A stretch of 64,000 nucleotides of DNA from Micavibrio sp. UBA6139 (GTDB lineage Bacteria; Pseudomonadota; Alphaproteobacteria; Micavibrionales; Micavibrionaceae), in the NCBI GenBank assembly GCA_002423285.1, contig DIVF01000054.1, forward strand, positions 18,588 to 82,587. Reading direction: 5' to 3'. Positions 1 to 11,515 of the stretch are shown one piece after another (position 1 is the stretch's first letter; every line of letters begins with the position of its first letter). The notes beneath the pieces were generated by a model, which did no database searches, was not told where the DNA came from, and worked only from the letters and a program-made list of their open reading frames with translations. The translations under genes were made by a program, and so were the position numbers.

Positions 1-172
1 CAACAATCACTTTCAAACCAAAAATTTTGCAAACGCCCTTTTGCCAGATATGGGGCAGGACATATGATCCTTGTCCGCGATGGAGCATCATCAGGATAAT
101 TTGCAGCGGCACCATGACGGCGCACCACGCAAAAAACAACACGGCCTTCACGATGACGATGGCCATGGACAT
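1..172 (-). CDS. olsA: Lyso-ornithine lipid O-acyltransferase / PlsC-family acyltransferase; only the N-terminal part is in the window
   Basis: Not in the ORF track. Minus-strand ATG at 172 overlaps the olsB stop (TGATG). Reads MSMAIVIVKAVLFFAWCAVMVPLQII...PHIWQKGVCKIFGLKVIV, a typical LPLAT N-terminus, in olsBA order. Confidence 0.7.
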   Translation of the reverse strand, partial: MSMAIVIVKAVLFFAWCAVMVPLQIILMMLHRGQGSYVLPHIWQKGVCKIFGLKVIV

Positions 173-1038
173 CAGATTGCGCTCAGTTTTTTGTCTTCAG
201 ATTCGGAGGATTCGGAATCATCTTCCGCCGGGAAGGCCGTTGAGCTGACGAAGGATTTATTGCCCTTGCGCTCATAATGCTTCTTATAATGTTTGGTGAC
301 CAGATCGGTGTGCAACATGATGCAGACATCGGTGGTGTTGAATTGTTCATCAATTACTGCACCATCCCCGATCAGGGAGCCAATGCGCAAATATCCTTTA
401 ATGAGTGGCGGCAGTTCGCGGATGATTTCACGCGGGTTCAAATCTTCCTTGGCGATCATATCCATACGGACATAGCGTTCTGGCAATGCGACCGGGCGCA
501 TATCTGCCGGTGCCAGGTGGTTGTGGTACAGGTATGAAAGCGGGCGGGCGAGGGCTTGCGGGTCCGTCCCCGGAAAGCTGGCGCAGCCAAACAGCATTTC
601 AATGTTATGTTCCAAAACGTAATCGGCGATGCCTTGCCACAGTAATTGCAAAACGGGCTGGGTGCGGAATTCGGGCAGAACACAGGAACGGCCCAGTTCC
701 AAAACGGTCGCACCGCTTTTCAGAATAGGGTCGATGTTATATTCGTCGCTGGTATAAAACTGGCCGTGCTTTTCTGCGACTTCCCGGTCGAGCAGGCGAT
801 AGGTGCCAACGATTTTCTGATTTTTTGGGCCGCCGCGTTCATCAACCACAATCAAATGGTCGGCATGGGCGTCAAATTTGTCAAAGTCCCGCTTCTTGGC
901 GGCCATCTCAGCCGTTGGGGTAGCTTTGTATTCCTCGTAAAACACTTTGTAGCGCAGATCCTGCGCAGCATCGATCTCTGCATCGGTTTGCGCGAGACGG
1001 ACTGTAATTTTTTCGCTCAAGGTTTCTGTCTCAGCCAT
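172..1038 (-). CDS. olsB: Ornithine N-acyltransferase (GNAT, OlsB family)
   Basis: LRYKVFYEE, DKFDAHADHL, VGTYRL, ELGRSCV, GCASF and PPLIKGYLRIG motifs. Confidence 0.88.
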   Translation of the reverse strand: MAETETLSEKITVRLAQTDAEIDAAQDLRYKVFYEEYKATPTAEMAAKKRDFDKFDAHADHLIVVDERGGPKNQKIVGTYRLLDREVAEKHGQFYTSDEYNIDPILKSGATVLELGRSCVLPEFRTQPVLQLLWQGIADYVLEHNIEMLFGCASFPGTDPQALARPLSYLYHNHLAPADMRPVALPERYVRMDMIAKEDLNPREIIRELPPLIKGYLRIGSLIGDGAVIDEQFNTTDVCIMLHTDLVTKHYKKHYERKGNKSFVSSTAFPAEDDSESSESEDKKLSAI

Positions 1039-1199
1039 GCTCGTATGGTAACTCTCGCCATAGCTGCGCCATCAGGGTGCAGCCCGTTTCAGGATTTTCT
1101 ACAGTCACGGTTTTAAGGATTTAAAGCCGCAGGTCAAGGTTTTCCGGGAATTTTCGGAAAATGAACGGGCCTAAATATAATTCCATAATAATGGGAGCG

Positions 1200-2513
1200 T
1201 TATCCTGTAAAGAAATCAAAGAGAAGCTTGATGTTCAAGGTCACGATCACCGCTGAAATAAGCCACGCCAGAATGATGATCGGCAGCTTGATTTTGAACG
1301 GACCCATCAGCTTTTTACTGCTGGTGAACTGGACCAGCGGGATAACGGCAAAGGGCAATTGCATACTTAAAATGACTTGAGACAGGATCAAAAGCTGGGC
1401 TGTGCCCGATGCCCCGTACATCAGGCAGACGATAAAGGCCGGGATCAGGGCCAGCATCCGGGTAATCAACCGGCGCAACCAAGGCTTCAGACGGATCTGT
1501 AAGAATCCTTCCATAACGATCTGACCGGCAAGGGTTGCTGTAATGGTAGAGTTCTGACCCGAAGCCAGAAGGGCCAGGGCAAAGAGTGTACTGGCTAAGG
1601 ACGTGCCGAGCATCGGCGTGAAGAGTTTATGTGCCTCTTGAATCTCGGTGATGTTATTCATGCCGTTTTCGTGAAAGACAGCCGCCCCCATAATCAGGAT
1701 GGCGGAGTTGATGAACAAAGCAAGGCTGAGGGCCACGGTGGAATCAATGGTTGCGAATTTAATTGCTTCCCGTTTATGCGCGGTGCTCTCACCAAAATCG
1801 CGCGTCTGCACGATGGAAGAATGCAGATATAAGTTATGCGGCATCACCGTCGCGCCCAAAATACCAATGGCAATATAAAGCATGGCCGGGTTCATGACGA
1901 TTTCGGCTGTGGGCACATAACCCTGTAAAACCGCGCTGAAGTCAGGTTGCGCCATCATAATCTGGGCAATAAAACACCCGGCGATAATGGTCATGAGCGC
2001 AATGATGAAGGCTTCTAAATAACGGAATCCGCGTGACTGCAACGCCAGAATTATAATGGTGTCCAGAACGGTCAGGGAAATACCAAAGATCAGTGGCATG
2101 CCGAATAACAAATTCAGCGCAATGGCGGTGCCAATAATTTCCGCCAGATCACAGGCGCAAATGGCAATCTCGCACAGCACCCATAAAACAAAGGCCACTG
2201 GTTTTGGATAGTTGCGGCGGCAGGCCTGAGCCAGATCAAGACCGGTGGCAATGCCAAGCCGGGCACTTAAGGATTGCAAAAGGATTGCCATCAAGTTCGA
2301 GAGCAGAATAACGGAGAGCAGCGTATAGCCAAACGCCGAACCCCCGGCGATATCTGTGGCCCAGTTGCCCGGGTCCATATAGCCGACCGCGACCAGATAA
2401 CCCGGTCCGGCAAAGGCCATCATTTTTCGCCAGAATCCGGCATCCTGTGGGACGCGGATGGTCCGGTAAACTTCGCGTAGGGAGGGCTGTTGTGCTTCGA
2501 TCTGTATGCTCAT
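1200..2513 (-). CDS. mntH: Nramp Mn2+/Fe2+ transporter
   Basis: GYMDPGN and MPHNLYLHS Nramp motifs; multiple TM segments. Confidence 0.96.
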   Translation of the reverse strand: MSIQIEAQQPSLREVYRTIRVPQDAGFWRKMMAFAGPGYLVAVGYMDPGNWATDIAGGSAFGYTLLSVILLSNLMAILLQSLSARLGIATGLDLAQACRRNYPKPVAFVLWVLCEIAICACDLAEIIGTAIALNLLFGMPLIFGISLTVLDTIIILALQSRGFRYLEAFIIALMTIIAGCFIAQIMMAQPDFSAVLQGYVPTAEIVMNPAMLYIAIGILGATVMPHNLYLHSSIVQTRDFGESTAHKREAIKFATIDSTVALSLALFINSAILIMGAAVFHENGMNNITEIQEAHKLFTPMLGTSLASTLFALALLASGQNSTITATLAGQIVMEGFLQIRLKPWLRRLITRMLALIPAFIVCLMYGASGTAQLLILSQVILSMQLPFAVIPLVQFTSSKKLMGPFKIKLPIIILAWLISAVIVTLNIKLLFDFFTG

Positions 2514-2519
2514 ATTTTA

Positions 2520-2556
2520 AGGCTATAGCACAAATTTTAGCCATGGCAACAAATTT
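2520..2556. promoter_or_regulatory. Putative MntR operator(s) between divergent mntH and mntR
   Basis: TAGC-CATG-GCAA (2538-2549) resembles the TAGC-N4-GCTA DtxR/MntR box. A second palindrome GCTATAGC lies at 2522-2529. Confidence 0.55.
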
Positions 2557-2590
2557 GACAGGCATTGTAATATCGCCCACACTGAAAAAA
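2555..2590 (+). promoter_or_regulatory. sigma70-type promoter of mntR, probably leaderless
   Basis: TTGACA(2555)-N17-CACACT(2578)-N6-ATG(2590). Confidence 0.5.
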
Positions 2591-3048
2591 TGAGTAAAAA
2601 GCCAGCCGAAACCCAGAAATCCGCCATTCCTGATGACCCTGAATTACAGGCCCAACGCTTTGGCCGGGTTCGGGAGGCGCACCAGACTGAAACCGCCGAA
2701 GATTATGTCGAGCTGATCGCTGATTTGATCGAAGCGCAGGGCGAGGCACGCGTGGTTGATCTATCTTCCCGGTTCGGGGTATCACACGCCACGGTCAATA
2801 AAGTGATCGCGCGGCTTAACCGCGAAGGTTTGGTCAGTAACCGGAAATATCGATCTTTGTTCTTAACGGATGAGGGCCGGGAGCTGGCTGTGCGCTGTAA
2901 GGAGCGTCACCTCATCGTTTTCAATTTTTTACGTTCCATCGGTGTACCGGAAGAAATCGCAGAGATTGACGCCGAGGGCGTCGAACACCATGTCAGTGAA
3001 GAAACATTGAAAATTTTCCAAGCGTATATCAGCAAGCATAAAAAATGA
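2590..3048 (+). CDS. mntR: Mn-dependent transcriptional regulator (DtxR family)
   Basis: EDYVELI, RH..VF.FL and DAEGVEHH motifs; divergent from mntH. Confidence 0.93.
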   Translation: MSKKPAETQKSAIPDDPELQAQRFGRVREAHQTETAEDYVELIADLIEAQGEARVVDLSSRFGVSHATVNKVIARLNREGLVSNRKYRSLFLTDEGRELAVRCKERHLIVFNFLRSIGVPEEIAEIDAEGVEHHVSEETLKIFQAYISKHKK

Positions 3049-3929
3049 CCGCGATTCCACAGGGCGAAAAACTGCGTGAGAAAATCGAAAGCCATACAGG
3101 TTGTCCGATTGTTGATCTGCGTTTTTATGCCACGGGGCAAAACGCCAATCTATATCTGGTTGACCTGACCGATGATCGTCGCCTGATGGCCAAGATCATG
3201 CGGGAAGGGGAAGAAGAAACACAGTCATCCCTAGAGGCAGAGGGGTGGATGCTGGAATACCTCGCCCGCAAGACAAAGCTGCCGGTGCCGCGTGTCTATT
3301 GGTGTGATGCCAATACCATCCTGATGGATTTTATTGAAAACAGCGGCGTAATGAATACGAAGACCCAAGAAAATGCCGCCGAGATGCTGGCTGCGCTCCA
3401 CGGGGTTGAGGCTGATTTTTTTGGGTTGGAACGTGATACAACAATTTCATCCTATACCCAGCCCAATCATTTTGAATCGCATTGGGTTGAATTTTTCCGC
3501 GATCACCGTTTGTTGCATATGGCGCGTGAGGCGTTGAATGATGGAACAATCGAAGCCGGAACCATGCAAAAAATTGAAAAGCTGGCCGGGCAGATCGACC
3601 GTTTTATTGATGGTGGTGTTAAACCCGGTTTGATCCACGGTGATTTGTGGGGTGGGAATGTTTTGTTGGGGCAGGACAAGCTCGCGGCCTTCATCGATCC
3701 CGCCATTTATTATGCGGACCCGGAAATGGATCTGGCGACGATTCGCCTGTTTGATACCTTTGGTGATGCATTCTTTCAGCGTTATAATGAAATTCGGGGT
3801 ATTCGCCGTGGATTTGATACGGAACGCCGCTACATTTATGCTCTTTATCCCTTGTTGGTGAATGCTCGCGGTGTGGGGAATCGCTATGTCGTGGAAATTG
3901 ATGCTATTTTAAAACGGTTCGTAGGTTAG
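3045..3929 (+). CDS. Fructosamine kinase family protein
   Basis: LIHGDLWGGN and FIDPAIYYADPEMDLA motifs; ATGA overlap with mntR. Confidence 0.88.
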   Translation: MTAIPQGEKLREKIESHTGCPIVDLRFYATGQNANLYLVDLTDDRRLMAKIMREGEEETQSSLEAEGWMLEYLARKTKLPVPRVYWCDANTILMDFIENSGVMNTKTQENAAEMLAALHGVEADFFGLERDTTISSYTQPNHFESHWVEFFRDHRLLHMAREALNDGTIEAGTMQKIEKLAGQIDRFIDGGVKPGLIHGDLWGGNVLLGQDKLAAFIDPAIYYADPEMDLATIRLFDTFGDAFFQRYNEIRGIRRGFDTERRYIYALYPLLVNARGVGNRYVVEIDAILKRFVG

Positions 3930-3943
3930 GGGAGCAATCTGCT

Positions 3944-4690
3944 GTGTATGGCAAGCTGATCAAAATTCTTCTTCTGGCACTGGTTGCCGCCGTTGTCGTT
4001 ACTTTTCTGGCCCTAAGCCTGATGAAAAAGGACACGCCTGCGCCTCAGCAGGACGCCTTGGCCCCACCGGCGGTCAGTACCGCCACGCCGACGCGCAAAA
4101 ACCCGCACCGCGATATGTTAGAAGATACAATGACGGCAACAACACCCGCCGCACAGCAGCCACCTGCACAAACCCAATCACCCGGTGCCGCGAAGCGCCC
4201 GATGTTGCAATATGCTTCTCTGGCCGGAACCTTGCAGAGCAGCAGTGCCGAGATTCAACCCGGTGGCCGCATCCCGCGTGACTATACTTGTAACGGCAGC
4301 AATATTTCTCCGGCCTTTCAATGGTCCGGCGCACCGCGTGGCACGCAAAGCTATGTGCTCTTGTTTGAAAAGCTGGATGCGACAGAGGGCAATAGTTTGC
4401 AATGGGGTGTTTACAACATTCCATCATCTCAAAATGCCATTGCCGCACGCACCCCGCGCGATCCTGTTCTGGCACAGGGTGTGACGCAGGCGATTAATGA
4501 TGCGGGCAGTGTTGGTTATATTGGCCCTTGCGCCCCGCGTGGGCAGTTCCAATACACCCTTAGTGTGATTGCATTGGATCAGAATCTGGCACTTCCTGCT
4601 GGCCTGAAACGCGATGATCTGATCAAAGCAATAAACGGCCACATCATTGATATGGCCGTTCTACCGCTGGTTCATTTTTATAGGCTGTAA
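3944..4690 (+). CDS. YbhB/YbcL (PEBP) family protein with N-terminal membrane anchor
   Basis: IPRDYTCNGSNISP, WSGAP.GTQSY, ND.G..GY.GPC motifs; hydrophobic N-terminus and Pro/Ala/Gln linker. Confidence 0.8.
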   Translation: MYGKLIKILLLALVAAVVVTFLALSLMKKDTPAPQQDALAPPAVSTATPTRKNPHRDMLEDTMTATTPAAQQPPAQTQSPGAAKRPMLQYASLAGTLQSSSAEIQPGGRIPRDYTCNGSNISPAFQWSGAPRGTQSYVLLFEKLDATEGNSLQWGVYNIPSSQNAIAARTPRDPVLAQGVTQAINDAGSVGYIGPCAPRGQFQYTLSVIALDQNLALPAGLKRDDLIKAINGHIIDMAVLPLVHFYRL

Positions 4691-4695
4691 AAGTT

Positions 4696-5628
4696 TTAGC
4701 CGAGCGCTTTTTCAAGTTCAGGCAGGGCTTCAAACAAATCCGCCACCAGACCGTAATCCGCAATCTGGAAGATTGGCGCTTCGCTGTCCTTGTTGATGGC
4801 GACGATGACTTTTGAATCCTTCATCCCGGCCAAATGCTGGATCGCGCCGGAAATGCCAACGGCGATATACAGGTTTGGTGCAACGATCTTACCCGTCTGG
4901 CCAACCTGATAATCATTCGGTACATACCCGGCATCAACAGCCGCGCGGGATGCACCTGTGGCCGCACCCAGCTTATCGGCAACAGGGATAATGTATTTTT
5001 CGTAGTTTTCACCACTGCCAAGGCCGCGACCACCGGAAATAACGATCTTCGCGGTTTGCAGGTCAGGGCGTTCGGATTTGGTCAGTTCTTGTCCGATGAA
5101 GGATGACAAGCCGGTATCACCTGTGCTGGCCAGTGCCTCAACGCTCGCGGAACCACCCTCTGCGGCAGGATCAAACGCGGTCGGGCGCACGGTCAGCAGG
5201 ATAGGGGTGCTTGTGATCTGTACAGTTGCCAACGCATTCCCTGCATAAATTGGCCGTACGAATGTATCCGCCGATTCAATCGCAACAACATCGGTTACTT
5301 GCGCGACATCCAACAATGCCGCTGCGCGTGGCAATACGTTCTTACCAAAGAACGATGCCGGGGCAGCAACGTGGCTGTAATTTTTACCAATGCTGGCGAT
5401 CAGTGTTGCAATGTTTTCTGCCAGATTGTGGGCATAGGCTGCATCATCGGAATGGAGAACCTTGGCAACGACCGCAATCTTGGTGGCGGCCTGTGCTGCG
5501 GCCCCTGCATTGTGACCGGCAACCAGCACATGAATATCACCGCCCAGTTTTGTGGCGGCGGCAACGGTGTTCAGCGTGCCGGGGTTCAGGGATTGGTTGT
5601 TATGTTCTGCAATTACAAGAATTGTCAT
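4696..5628 (-). CDS. etfA: Electron transfer flavoprotein alpha subunit
   Basis: RPIYAGN, SGGRG, QVGQTGK and [11 protein letters not shown] motifs. Confidence 0.97.
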   Translation of the reverse strand: MTILVIAEHNNQSLNPGTLNTVAAATKLGGDIHVLVAGHNAGAAAQAATKIAVVAKVLHSDDAAYAHNLAENIATLIASIGKNYSHVAAPASFFGKNVLPRAAALLDVAQVTDVVAIESADTFVRPIYAGNALATVQITSTPILLTVRPTAFDPAAEGGSASVEALASTGDTGLSSFIGQELTKSERPDLQTAKIVISGGRGLGSGENYEKYIIPVADKLGAATGASRAAVDAGYVPNDYQVGQTGKIVAPNLYIAVGISGAIQHLAGMKDSKVIVAINKDSEAPIFQIADYGLVADLFEALPELEKALG

Positions 5629-5630
5629 GA

Positions 5631-6380
5631 TTAGATCACCTTTGCTTCTGTTTTCAGTTTGGCGACCAGTTCTTCAACACTGGCAACCTTGATTCCCGCC
5701 TGACGTTTCGGCGGTTCGGTGACTTTCAATGTTTTAATGGCGGATTGTACGGTCACGCCCAGATCGGCAGGGGTAACGGTATCCAGCTGCTTTTTCTTCG
5801 CCTTCATAATATTGGGCAGGGCGGCGTAGCGCGGTTCGTTCAAACGCAGATCCGTTGTTACCACGCAGGGCATTTTCAGCTTTAATGTTTCCAAGCCACC
5901 ATCAATCTCGCGGGTGACAACTGCATGGTCGCTTTCCAGTACGATTTTGGAAGCAAACGTACCTTGCGGCCAGTTCAGCAGCGCGGCCAGCATTTGGCCT
6001 GTCTGGTTGTTTTCACTATCAATCGCTTGCTTGCCGGTCAGGACCAGACCGGGTTGTTCTTTCTCAACGATGGCTTTTAGCAATTTTGCCATGGTCAGTG
6101 GTTGAATTTCTTCATCGCACAGAATGTGAATACCGCGATCTGCACCCATCGCCATGGCGGTGCGCATTGTTTCTTGAACCGTGGCAGGGCCAGCGGAGAC
6201 AACAATGATCTCGGTCGCCTTTCCGGCTTCCTTCATACGAATGGCTTCCTCAACTGCGATTTCACAGAAAGGGTTCATCGACATTTTGACGTTTGCGGTT
6301 TCAACGCCGCTTTGGTCAGCCTTCACCCGGATGGTGACATAGGCGTCAATCACGCGTTTGACAGGAACAATAATTTTCAT
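5631..6380 (-). CDS. etfB: Electron transfer flavoprotein beta subunit
   Basis: [18 protein letters not shown] and DLRLNEPRY motifs. Confidence 0.97.
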   Translation of the reverse strand: MKIIVPVKRVIDAYVTIRVKADQSGVETANVKMSMNPFCEIAVEEAIRMKEAGKATEIIVVSAGPATVQETMRTAMAMGADRGIHILCDEEIQPLTMAKLLKAIVEKEQPGLVLTGKQAIDSENNQTGQMLAALLNWPQGTFASKIVLESDHAVVTREIDGGLETLKLKMPCVVTTDLRLNEPRYAALPNIMKAKKKQLDTVTPADLGVTVQSAIKTLKVTEPPKRQAGIKVASVEELVAKLKTEAKVI

Positions 6381-6470
6381 CGGTTTCGTTTCTTTCCAAG
6401 AATCATGGTTTGGTTCCCGATTGTACTGGCAAATGGGCAGCGTTCAAGGCGTTGAGGGCCGGAAACAAAC

Positions 6471-6501
6471 AAAAAGGCACCCCAAATATTGGGGTGCCTT
6501 T
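6471..6501 (-). terminator. Rho-independent terminator after PRC-barrel gene
   Basis: AAAGGCACCCCAA-loop-TTGGGGTGCCTTT hairpin with U-run on the minus strand. Confidence 0.8.
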
Positions 6502-6523
6502 CGCATTGTCTTAACCAATCAGG

Positions 6524-7402
6524 TTAATTGGTGATGCTTTTTTTGTAATTTTCAAAGTTAGCGGCCTGTTCAGCGGAAAGCTGGAAGCCAACCTTGCTAT
6601 CTGCGCCATGGATGACCTTGACGTCATCAAAATCAAAGGCAGCATAATCCCCACCCAGACCCAGAACCTTGTCAAACGACACGATCAGCTTATCAGCTTC
6701 GCCATCTTCAATAATGACGTTTTCGATGCTGGCCAGTTTCTTTTGCTGGCCATCAACCAATGAGCCTTCCAGTGCGTTACGCAGGCTGACACCATCGGCT
6801 GGCTTAATGCGGACCTTACCCGAAGCAGGGGTGTAGGAGAATTCCGCTACATCCTTCACCAGATCTTTCGAAACAGTGTTCAGGGTTTCAGCATAATCGG
6901 TGCTGGTCACGATTTTCTTGTATTCAAGCGCAACCAACTTTCCGCCAATACCAAAGAATCCGCCATCAGACAGAATAATCAGTGATGCATCTTCGTCTTG
7001 ATCGACAATAATGTCGTGGACGGTGGCAACATCTTTACCCTCTGCATCCTTCACGGTTCGACCGATCAATGTTTTGGCACTGTCGCCGCCATTGAATGTT
7101 TTGCTTTCAAATGCGGTTTGTGGTGTTTTGTCGTCATCAAGGACAACAGCCTTCACATCGTCGTATTTTTCTTCAACGGCGTTGCTGACATCCTTGGCTG
7201 TATCGCTGACGGCTTTTTTCGTGTCGTCCCAGCCTTTTTTGATTTCCTGTTCCGTTACAACAGGGCCACGCGGGTTTGATTTTTCTTCGGATGTGCCCGC
7301 TTGTGGTTCTGCTGCCATGGTTGGCAATGCGAAGGCCATAGGGATTGTTAAAGTAACAGCGGAGGCCCCGGCCAGAATCAGTGTGCGTGATGAAATTGTC
7401 AT
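6524..7402 (-). CDS. Exported tandem PRC-barrel domain protein
   Basis: Signal-like N-terminus; two repeats LIGRTVKD.EGKDVATVHDI..GGFFGIGGK and LEGSLVD..KLASIENV..VLGLGG. Confidence 0.75.
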   Translation of the reverse strand: MTISSRTLILAGASAVTLTIPMAFALPTMAAEPQAGTSEEKSNPRGPVVTEQEIKKGWDDTKKAVSDTAKDVSNAVEEKYDDVKAVVLDDDKTPQTAFESKTFNGGDSAKTLIGRTVKDAEGKDVATVHDIIVDQDEDASLIILSDGGFFGIGGKLVALEYKKIVTSTDYAETLNTVSKDLVKDVAEFSYTPASGKVRIKPADGVSLRNALEGSLVDGQQKKLASIENVIIEDGEADKLIVSFDKVLGLGGDYAAFDFDDVKVIHGADSKVGFQLSAEQAANFENYKKSITN

Positions 7403-7477
7403 AATTACTACCTCTCGTTATTGTAAAAAACACAGATTTTTCGTGTGCTTGGTACAGACATAGGGCGCGTAAATTAT

Positions 7478-9271
7478 TTATCCACTCAGCGGCCAAACTA
7501 TCATGATGATTGGTACACCAACAATGACGACAAGGGCCGATAACGGCAGGCCCATCCTTGCGTAATCGCCAAATTTATATCCACCGGGACCCATCACCAA
7601 TGTGTTCGATTGGTGGCCAATTGGTGTCAAAAAATCGCACGATGCACCAACGGCAACAGCCATTAAGAACGGATCAACGTTAAGGTTCAACTTCGTTGCT
7701 AATAAGGCCGCAATTGGTGCCATTACCAAAACGGTGGCTGCGTTATTTAAAAATGGTGTAATCAGCATGGTGGAGACAAGTACCGTTGCCAGAATGGCAG
7801 GGGGCGAAAGATTCAAGGACATCGTCGCAATCGCATCTGCAATCAATTCCGTACCCCCCGTTGTGCGCAGCGCTTCTGTGACCGGGATCATCGCCCCCAG
7901 CAGGACAACCACCGGCCAATCAATTGCGTCATAGAATTCATGCAGTTTTAAAAGTTTCAAAACCGCTACCGCAATAACGGCACCCAAAAATGCGATTGAG
8001 ATCGGCATAATATCCAAAACAGTCAATGCCACAGCGGTCAGTAAAACCAGGGCAGGAATAACCGCACGTTTGGGTTGCCCCAGTTGCAGATTTCGTTCCG
8101 CCAGCGGCAAACAACCAAGATCGGCCAGTGTGACAGGCATCGCATCCAGATTACCTTGCAGAACGATCACGTCACCTTGACGGAATCGGGTACTGCTCAG
8201 GCGCTTTTTAGGATTAAAGATGGAAGTATTTCCGGCCTGTCTGACGGCCAGCAGGTTGATGCTGTAGCGCGAACGTAAAGACAGTTGTTTTGGTGTTGCG
8301 TTTATTAATTCAGAGCCAGCGGTGATAACGGCCTCAACAATCCCGACATCTTCGGAGGTCATGGCGATGTTTTCTAAATCTTCGCTGCCGACCAACTCAA
8401 CCTTTGCTGTATCAACCAGTTTTTTAAGTGCTACAGGATCGCTTTTCACCAGCAAAATATCGCCCGCCTGAATAACGGCGCGGGCAGACAGAACATGGCG
8501 TTGTAAAGTCCCTCTGATCATGCCGATAATTGTAAGATCTCCCTCAATCTCTGTCTCAATTTCGCGGACTGTCTTACCGATAATGGCGGATTCTGTTGAA
8601 ACCAGAACTTCACTGGCATAATCCTCAATCGAGAAACGGTCTTCAGGTGCAGGCTTTCCAAGGCGGTCTTTGGGGAGTAAACGCCATCCCCAGGTCAGAT
8701 AAATTAAGCCGGCCGCGCAGATGCAAAGCCCCACCGGCGCAAAATCAAACATTTGAAATGGTGCGCCGAGCATATCTTCGCGGACACGCGAAATCAGCAG
8801 GTTGGGCGGCGTTCCGATCATGGTGATGAGCCCGCCCAGAAGGGATCCGAAGGATAGCGGCATTAAAAGCTCGGAAGGTTTTCGGTCTGCCTTCTTGGCA
8901 AAGGTCAATGCCACCGGTAAGAACAAGGCCAGCGCGCCAACATTGTTCATGAAGGCGGAGAGAACCATCACCATGCCAACCAGAACCGTAATTTGCAGTT
9001 GCGGTTTATCGATAAAGCGTGACAGCAGCTTAATGATAATGTCCACAAAACCAGATCTGCTGATGGCCGCACTGATAATCAGAACGCAGGCAACGGTAAT
9101 CACAACCGGGTCACTGAACCCGGTAAAGGCATCATTCGCGGGAACCAGCCCCAAAATGACCGCCAGAAATAAAATGAACAGGGCGACAATATCGTAACGC
9201 CATTTATCCCAAACAAACAAACCAATCGCTAGAACGATCAGGGCAAAGATAATCATTTGGTCTGTGGTCAT
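7478..9271 (-). CDS. SLC13/CitMHS permease with two TrkA-C domains
   Basis: [15 protein letters not shown] and [23 protein letters not shown] motifs. Confidence 0.92.
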   Translation of the reverse strand: MTTDQMIIFALIVLAIGLFVWDKWRYDIVALFILFLAVILGLVPANDAFTGFSDPVVITVACVLIISAAISRSGFVDIIIKLLSRFIDKPQLQITVLVGMVMVLSAFMNNVGALALFLPVALTFAKKADRKPSELLMPLSFGSLLGGLITMIGTPPNLLISRVREDMLGAPFQMFDFAPVGLCICAAGLIYLTWGWRLLPKDRLGKPAPEDRFSIEDYASEVLVSTESAIIGKTVREIETEIEGDLTIIGMIRGTLQRHVLSARAVIQAGDILLVKSDPVALKKLVDTAKVELVGSEDLENIAMTSEDVGIVEAVITAGSELINATPKQLSLRSRYSINLLAVRQAGNTSIFNPKKRLSSTRFRQGDVIVLQGNLDAMPVTLADLGCLPLAERNLQLGQPKRAVIPALVLLTAVALTVLDIMPISIAFLGAVIAVAVLKLLKLHEFYDAIDWPVVVLLGAMIPVTEALRTTGGTELIADAIATMSLNLSPPAILATVLVSTMLITPFLNNAATVLVMAPIAALLATKLNLNVDPFLMAVAVGASCDFLTPIGHQSNTLVMGPGGYKFGDYARMGLPLSALVVIVGVPIIMIVWPLSG

Positions 9272-9299
9272 GACGGGCCGTCCTTGTCGAATTATATAA

Positions 9300-9376
9300 T
9301 GGCGTCCCCGGCGGGATTTGAACCCACGGCCTACGGTTTAGGAAACCGTTGCTCTATCCAGCTGAGCTACGGGGAC
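9300..9376 (-). tRNA. tRNA-Arg(CCT)
   Basis: Reverse complement GTCCCCGTAGCTCAGCTGGATAGAGC..TTCCTAA..GGTTCAAATCC..GGGGACGCCA; 77 nt, CCA encoded. Confidence 0.96.
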
Positions 9377-9445
9377 AGCATGGCGTAGAATATATATATG
9401 ATTGGGCCGGGGCGATACACCTATCACCTGAAACCCCCAAGGATA

Positions 9446-11362
9446 TCAGTTGGTTGAGGCAGGGTTTTGGGCAAGAAAGCGGTCCAGATGGGGCCATAGA
9501 TGCAGACCGCCATATTGATTCAAATGGTCTGTGTCCATGAACATAAAATGCCCGTCTTTGTCGAACGGCGTTTGCATGTGGGGCAGGGGATCAAAATAGG
9601 GAATCCCCAGATCGGCCAGAACAGGTTTCAAACTGTCATGCGATTCCGCAATCTTGGTGTTTGAATATACGGGGTCAATAGCCATGCAATTTTGGGCCGG
9701 GCGAGGGAACACTTTGGATACCAACAGGTTATTTTTAATGTGGCATTGATGCGGGTCATGTTCAAAAATTGGCACGCTGCCAAGGAAGTAGGTATTCTTA
9801 TTATAGGCATCAATTTTCTTCAGGGAGGCCTTAACCTCCTCCGTCCCCGTGGCCAGCATCAGGCCGAGGAAGACATATTGAATGCTCTTGTCTTGATCGA
9901 GTGTTTCATAAAACGCCTTGCCCAGTTCCATGCAATAGGTATCGGCCTTGCCTTGGCGGATAATCGCCGCCTCGCTGTTAACGAAGGTGCGGCAGGCCCC
10001 GCGCAGGAAGATGCGTACAGTTAGGTTTTTGCTTTTTGCCCATTCCAAAACGGTTGGAATGTAATGGGCGGCGTGTGAATCTCCGGCAATAATGACTTCA
10101 TAGCGGTCTTTATTGGGGCCGATGATGCAGTCTTCGCGGTTGAATGCGCCGCCATCAACAGCACAGGTTTTGTAATGGTCATTGGCCCGCAGGATCGCCT
10201 TATCCGCCTTATAGGTCACGCGCCAGCCCGCTTCATTTTCATCCTTAATCAGATTCGATGAGACGACGAAGACAAGGATGGCTGCGAAGCCCAGACCCAA
10301 AACGCGCTTGGCAGGAATATTCATGCGGCGGAAAGGGGTTTCAACGAATTTGAAAGACAGCCACGCCAGTGCAAAGGACAAGATTGTGATGCTGATCTGT
10401 ACCACTAGTGATAGTTCTGGCGAGAAATAGCTTTTGTAAAACGCAATCAGCGGCCAGTGCCACAGATAGAGCGAATAGGAAATCAGGCCCGTGAAAACGA
10501 GGGCACGGGAGGAAATAACCTTATGCGCAATCCCCGTGCCATGCTGCGCGGAGTAGATAAAGAGCGCAGCACCCAAACACGGGATAATCGCCTTCAATCC
10601 GGGAAACCCCGATTCATGATAAAATAATACTGACAGGATAATCAGAATACAGCCGAGCATGGCGGCAATTTCAATGCCCCATTGCTTGCGCAACGGCGGA
10701 ATAGCCCCAAGGCCAATCAACCCGCCCAGCGCCAATTCCCAACCACGTGAATGGAGCAGATAGAACGCATCAATCGCATTGGTGCGGACCATATATTCGC
10801 TGATGCCAAGGCTGAGGACCAATAAAACACACAGCACAATCACGGCCCGGCCAATGCCCCATAATTTATGGGTGAAGAATAAAACGAGCGGCCAGATCAG
10901 ATAGAACTGCTCTTCTACCCCCAGTGACCAAGTGTGCAGCAGTGGATTGTTTTTGTTGCCGAGTGCGAAGTAATCAATTTCACGGCTGAACAGGATGTTT
11001 GAGATTTGTCCGCTGGCGGCGCGCAGCGCTTAAAAGAATTGCGAATATTCCCGCGCCCCCAAAAACAAAATGGCCGCCAATGATGTAATGAACAGCATGA
11101 CAAAGAGAGCTGGGAAGATGCGTTTGATCCGCCGTGCGTAGAAATTGGCGAAGGAGAATGTACCAGACCCAATTTCACGCGCAATCAACTGGGTAATCAA
11201 AAAACCGGAGATGATAAAGAAGACATCAACGCCAACGAACCCACCGCCAAAGAAGGTGATGTCCAGATGAAAGAGCAAAATGGCGAGAACCGAAATTCCG
11301 CGCAGCCCATCAATATGTGGCAGATAACAAGGCGCACATTTTGTCATGGATGGGGCTTGCAT
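9446..11362 (-). pseudogene. Acyltransferase_3 + SGNH O-acetyltransferase (OafA/YrhL-like) interrupted by one in-frame TAA at 11030-11032
   Basis: IDGLRGISV, GVDVFFIISGFLI and RRIKRIFP precede the stop. The same frame continues ALRAASGQ..HTWSLGVEEQFY..SYSLYLWHWP..GDSHA..DTDHL. Confidence 0.85.
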
Positions 11363-11462
11363 GGATTATCAGTGTCCGTAATCAAGGATTTGCAAATGAA
11401 TTGAGTGGGTTATAGTACGAATTGCGTGCGCACTCAATGCAGCTTTCATGTGCGTACGCAGC

Positions 11463-11493
11463 AAAAAGCCCCGCTTGTTTTGCGGGGCTTTTT
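11463..11493. terminator. Intrinsic terminator (bidirectional type)
   Basis: AAAAAGCCCCGC-TTGTTTT-GCGGGGCTTTTT. Confidence 0.85.
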
Positions 11494-11515
11494 AAAATTC
11501 TTTGCGCGTTCAATT

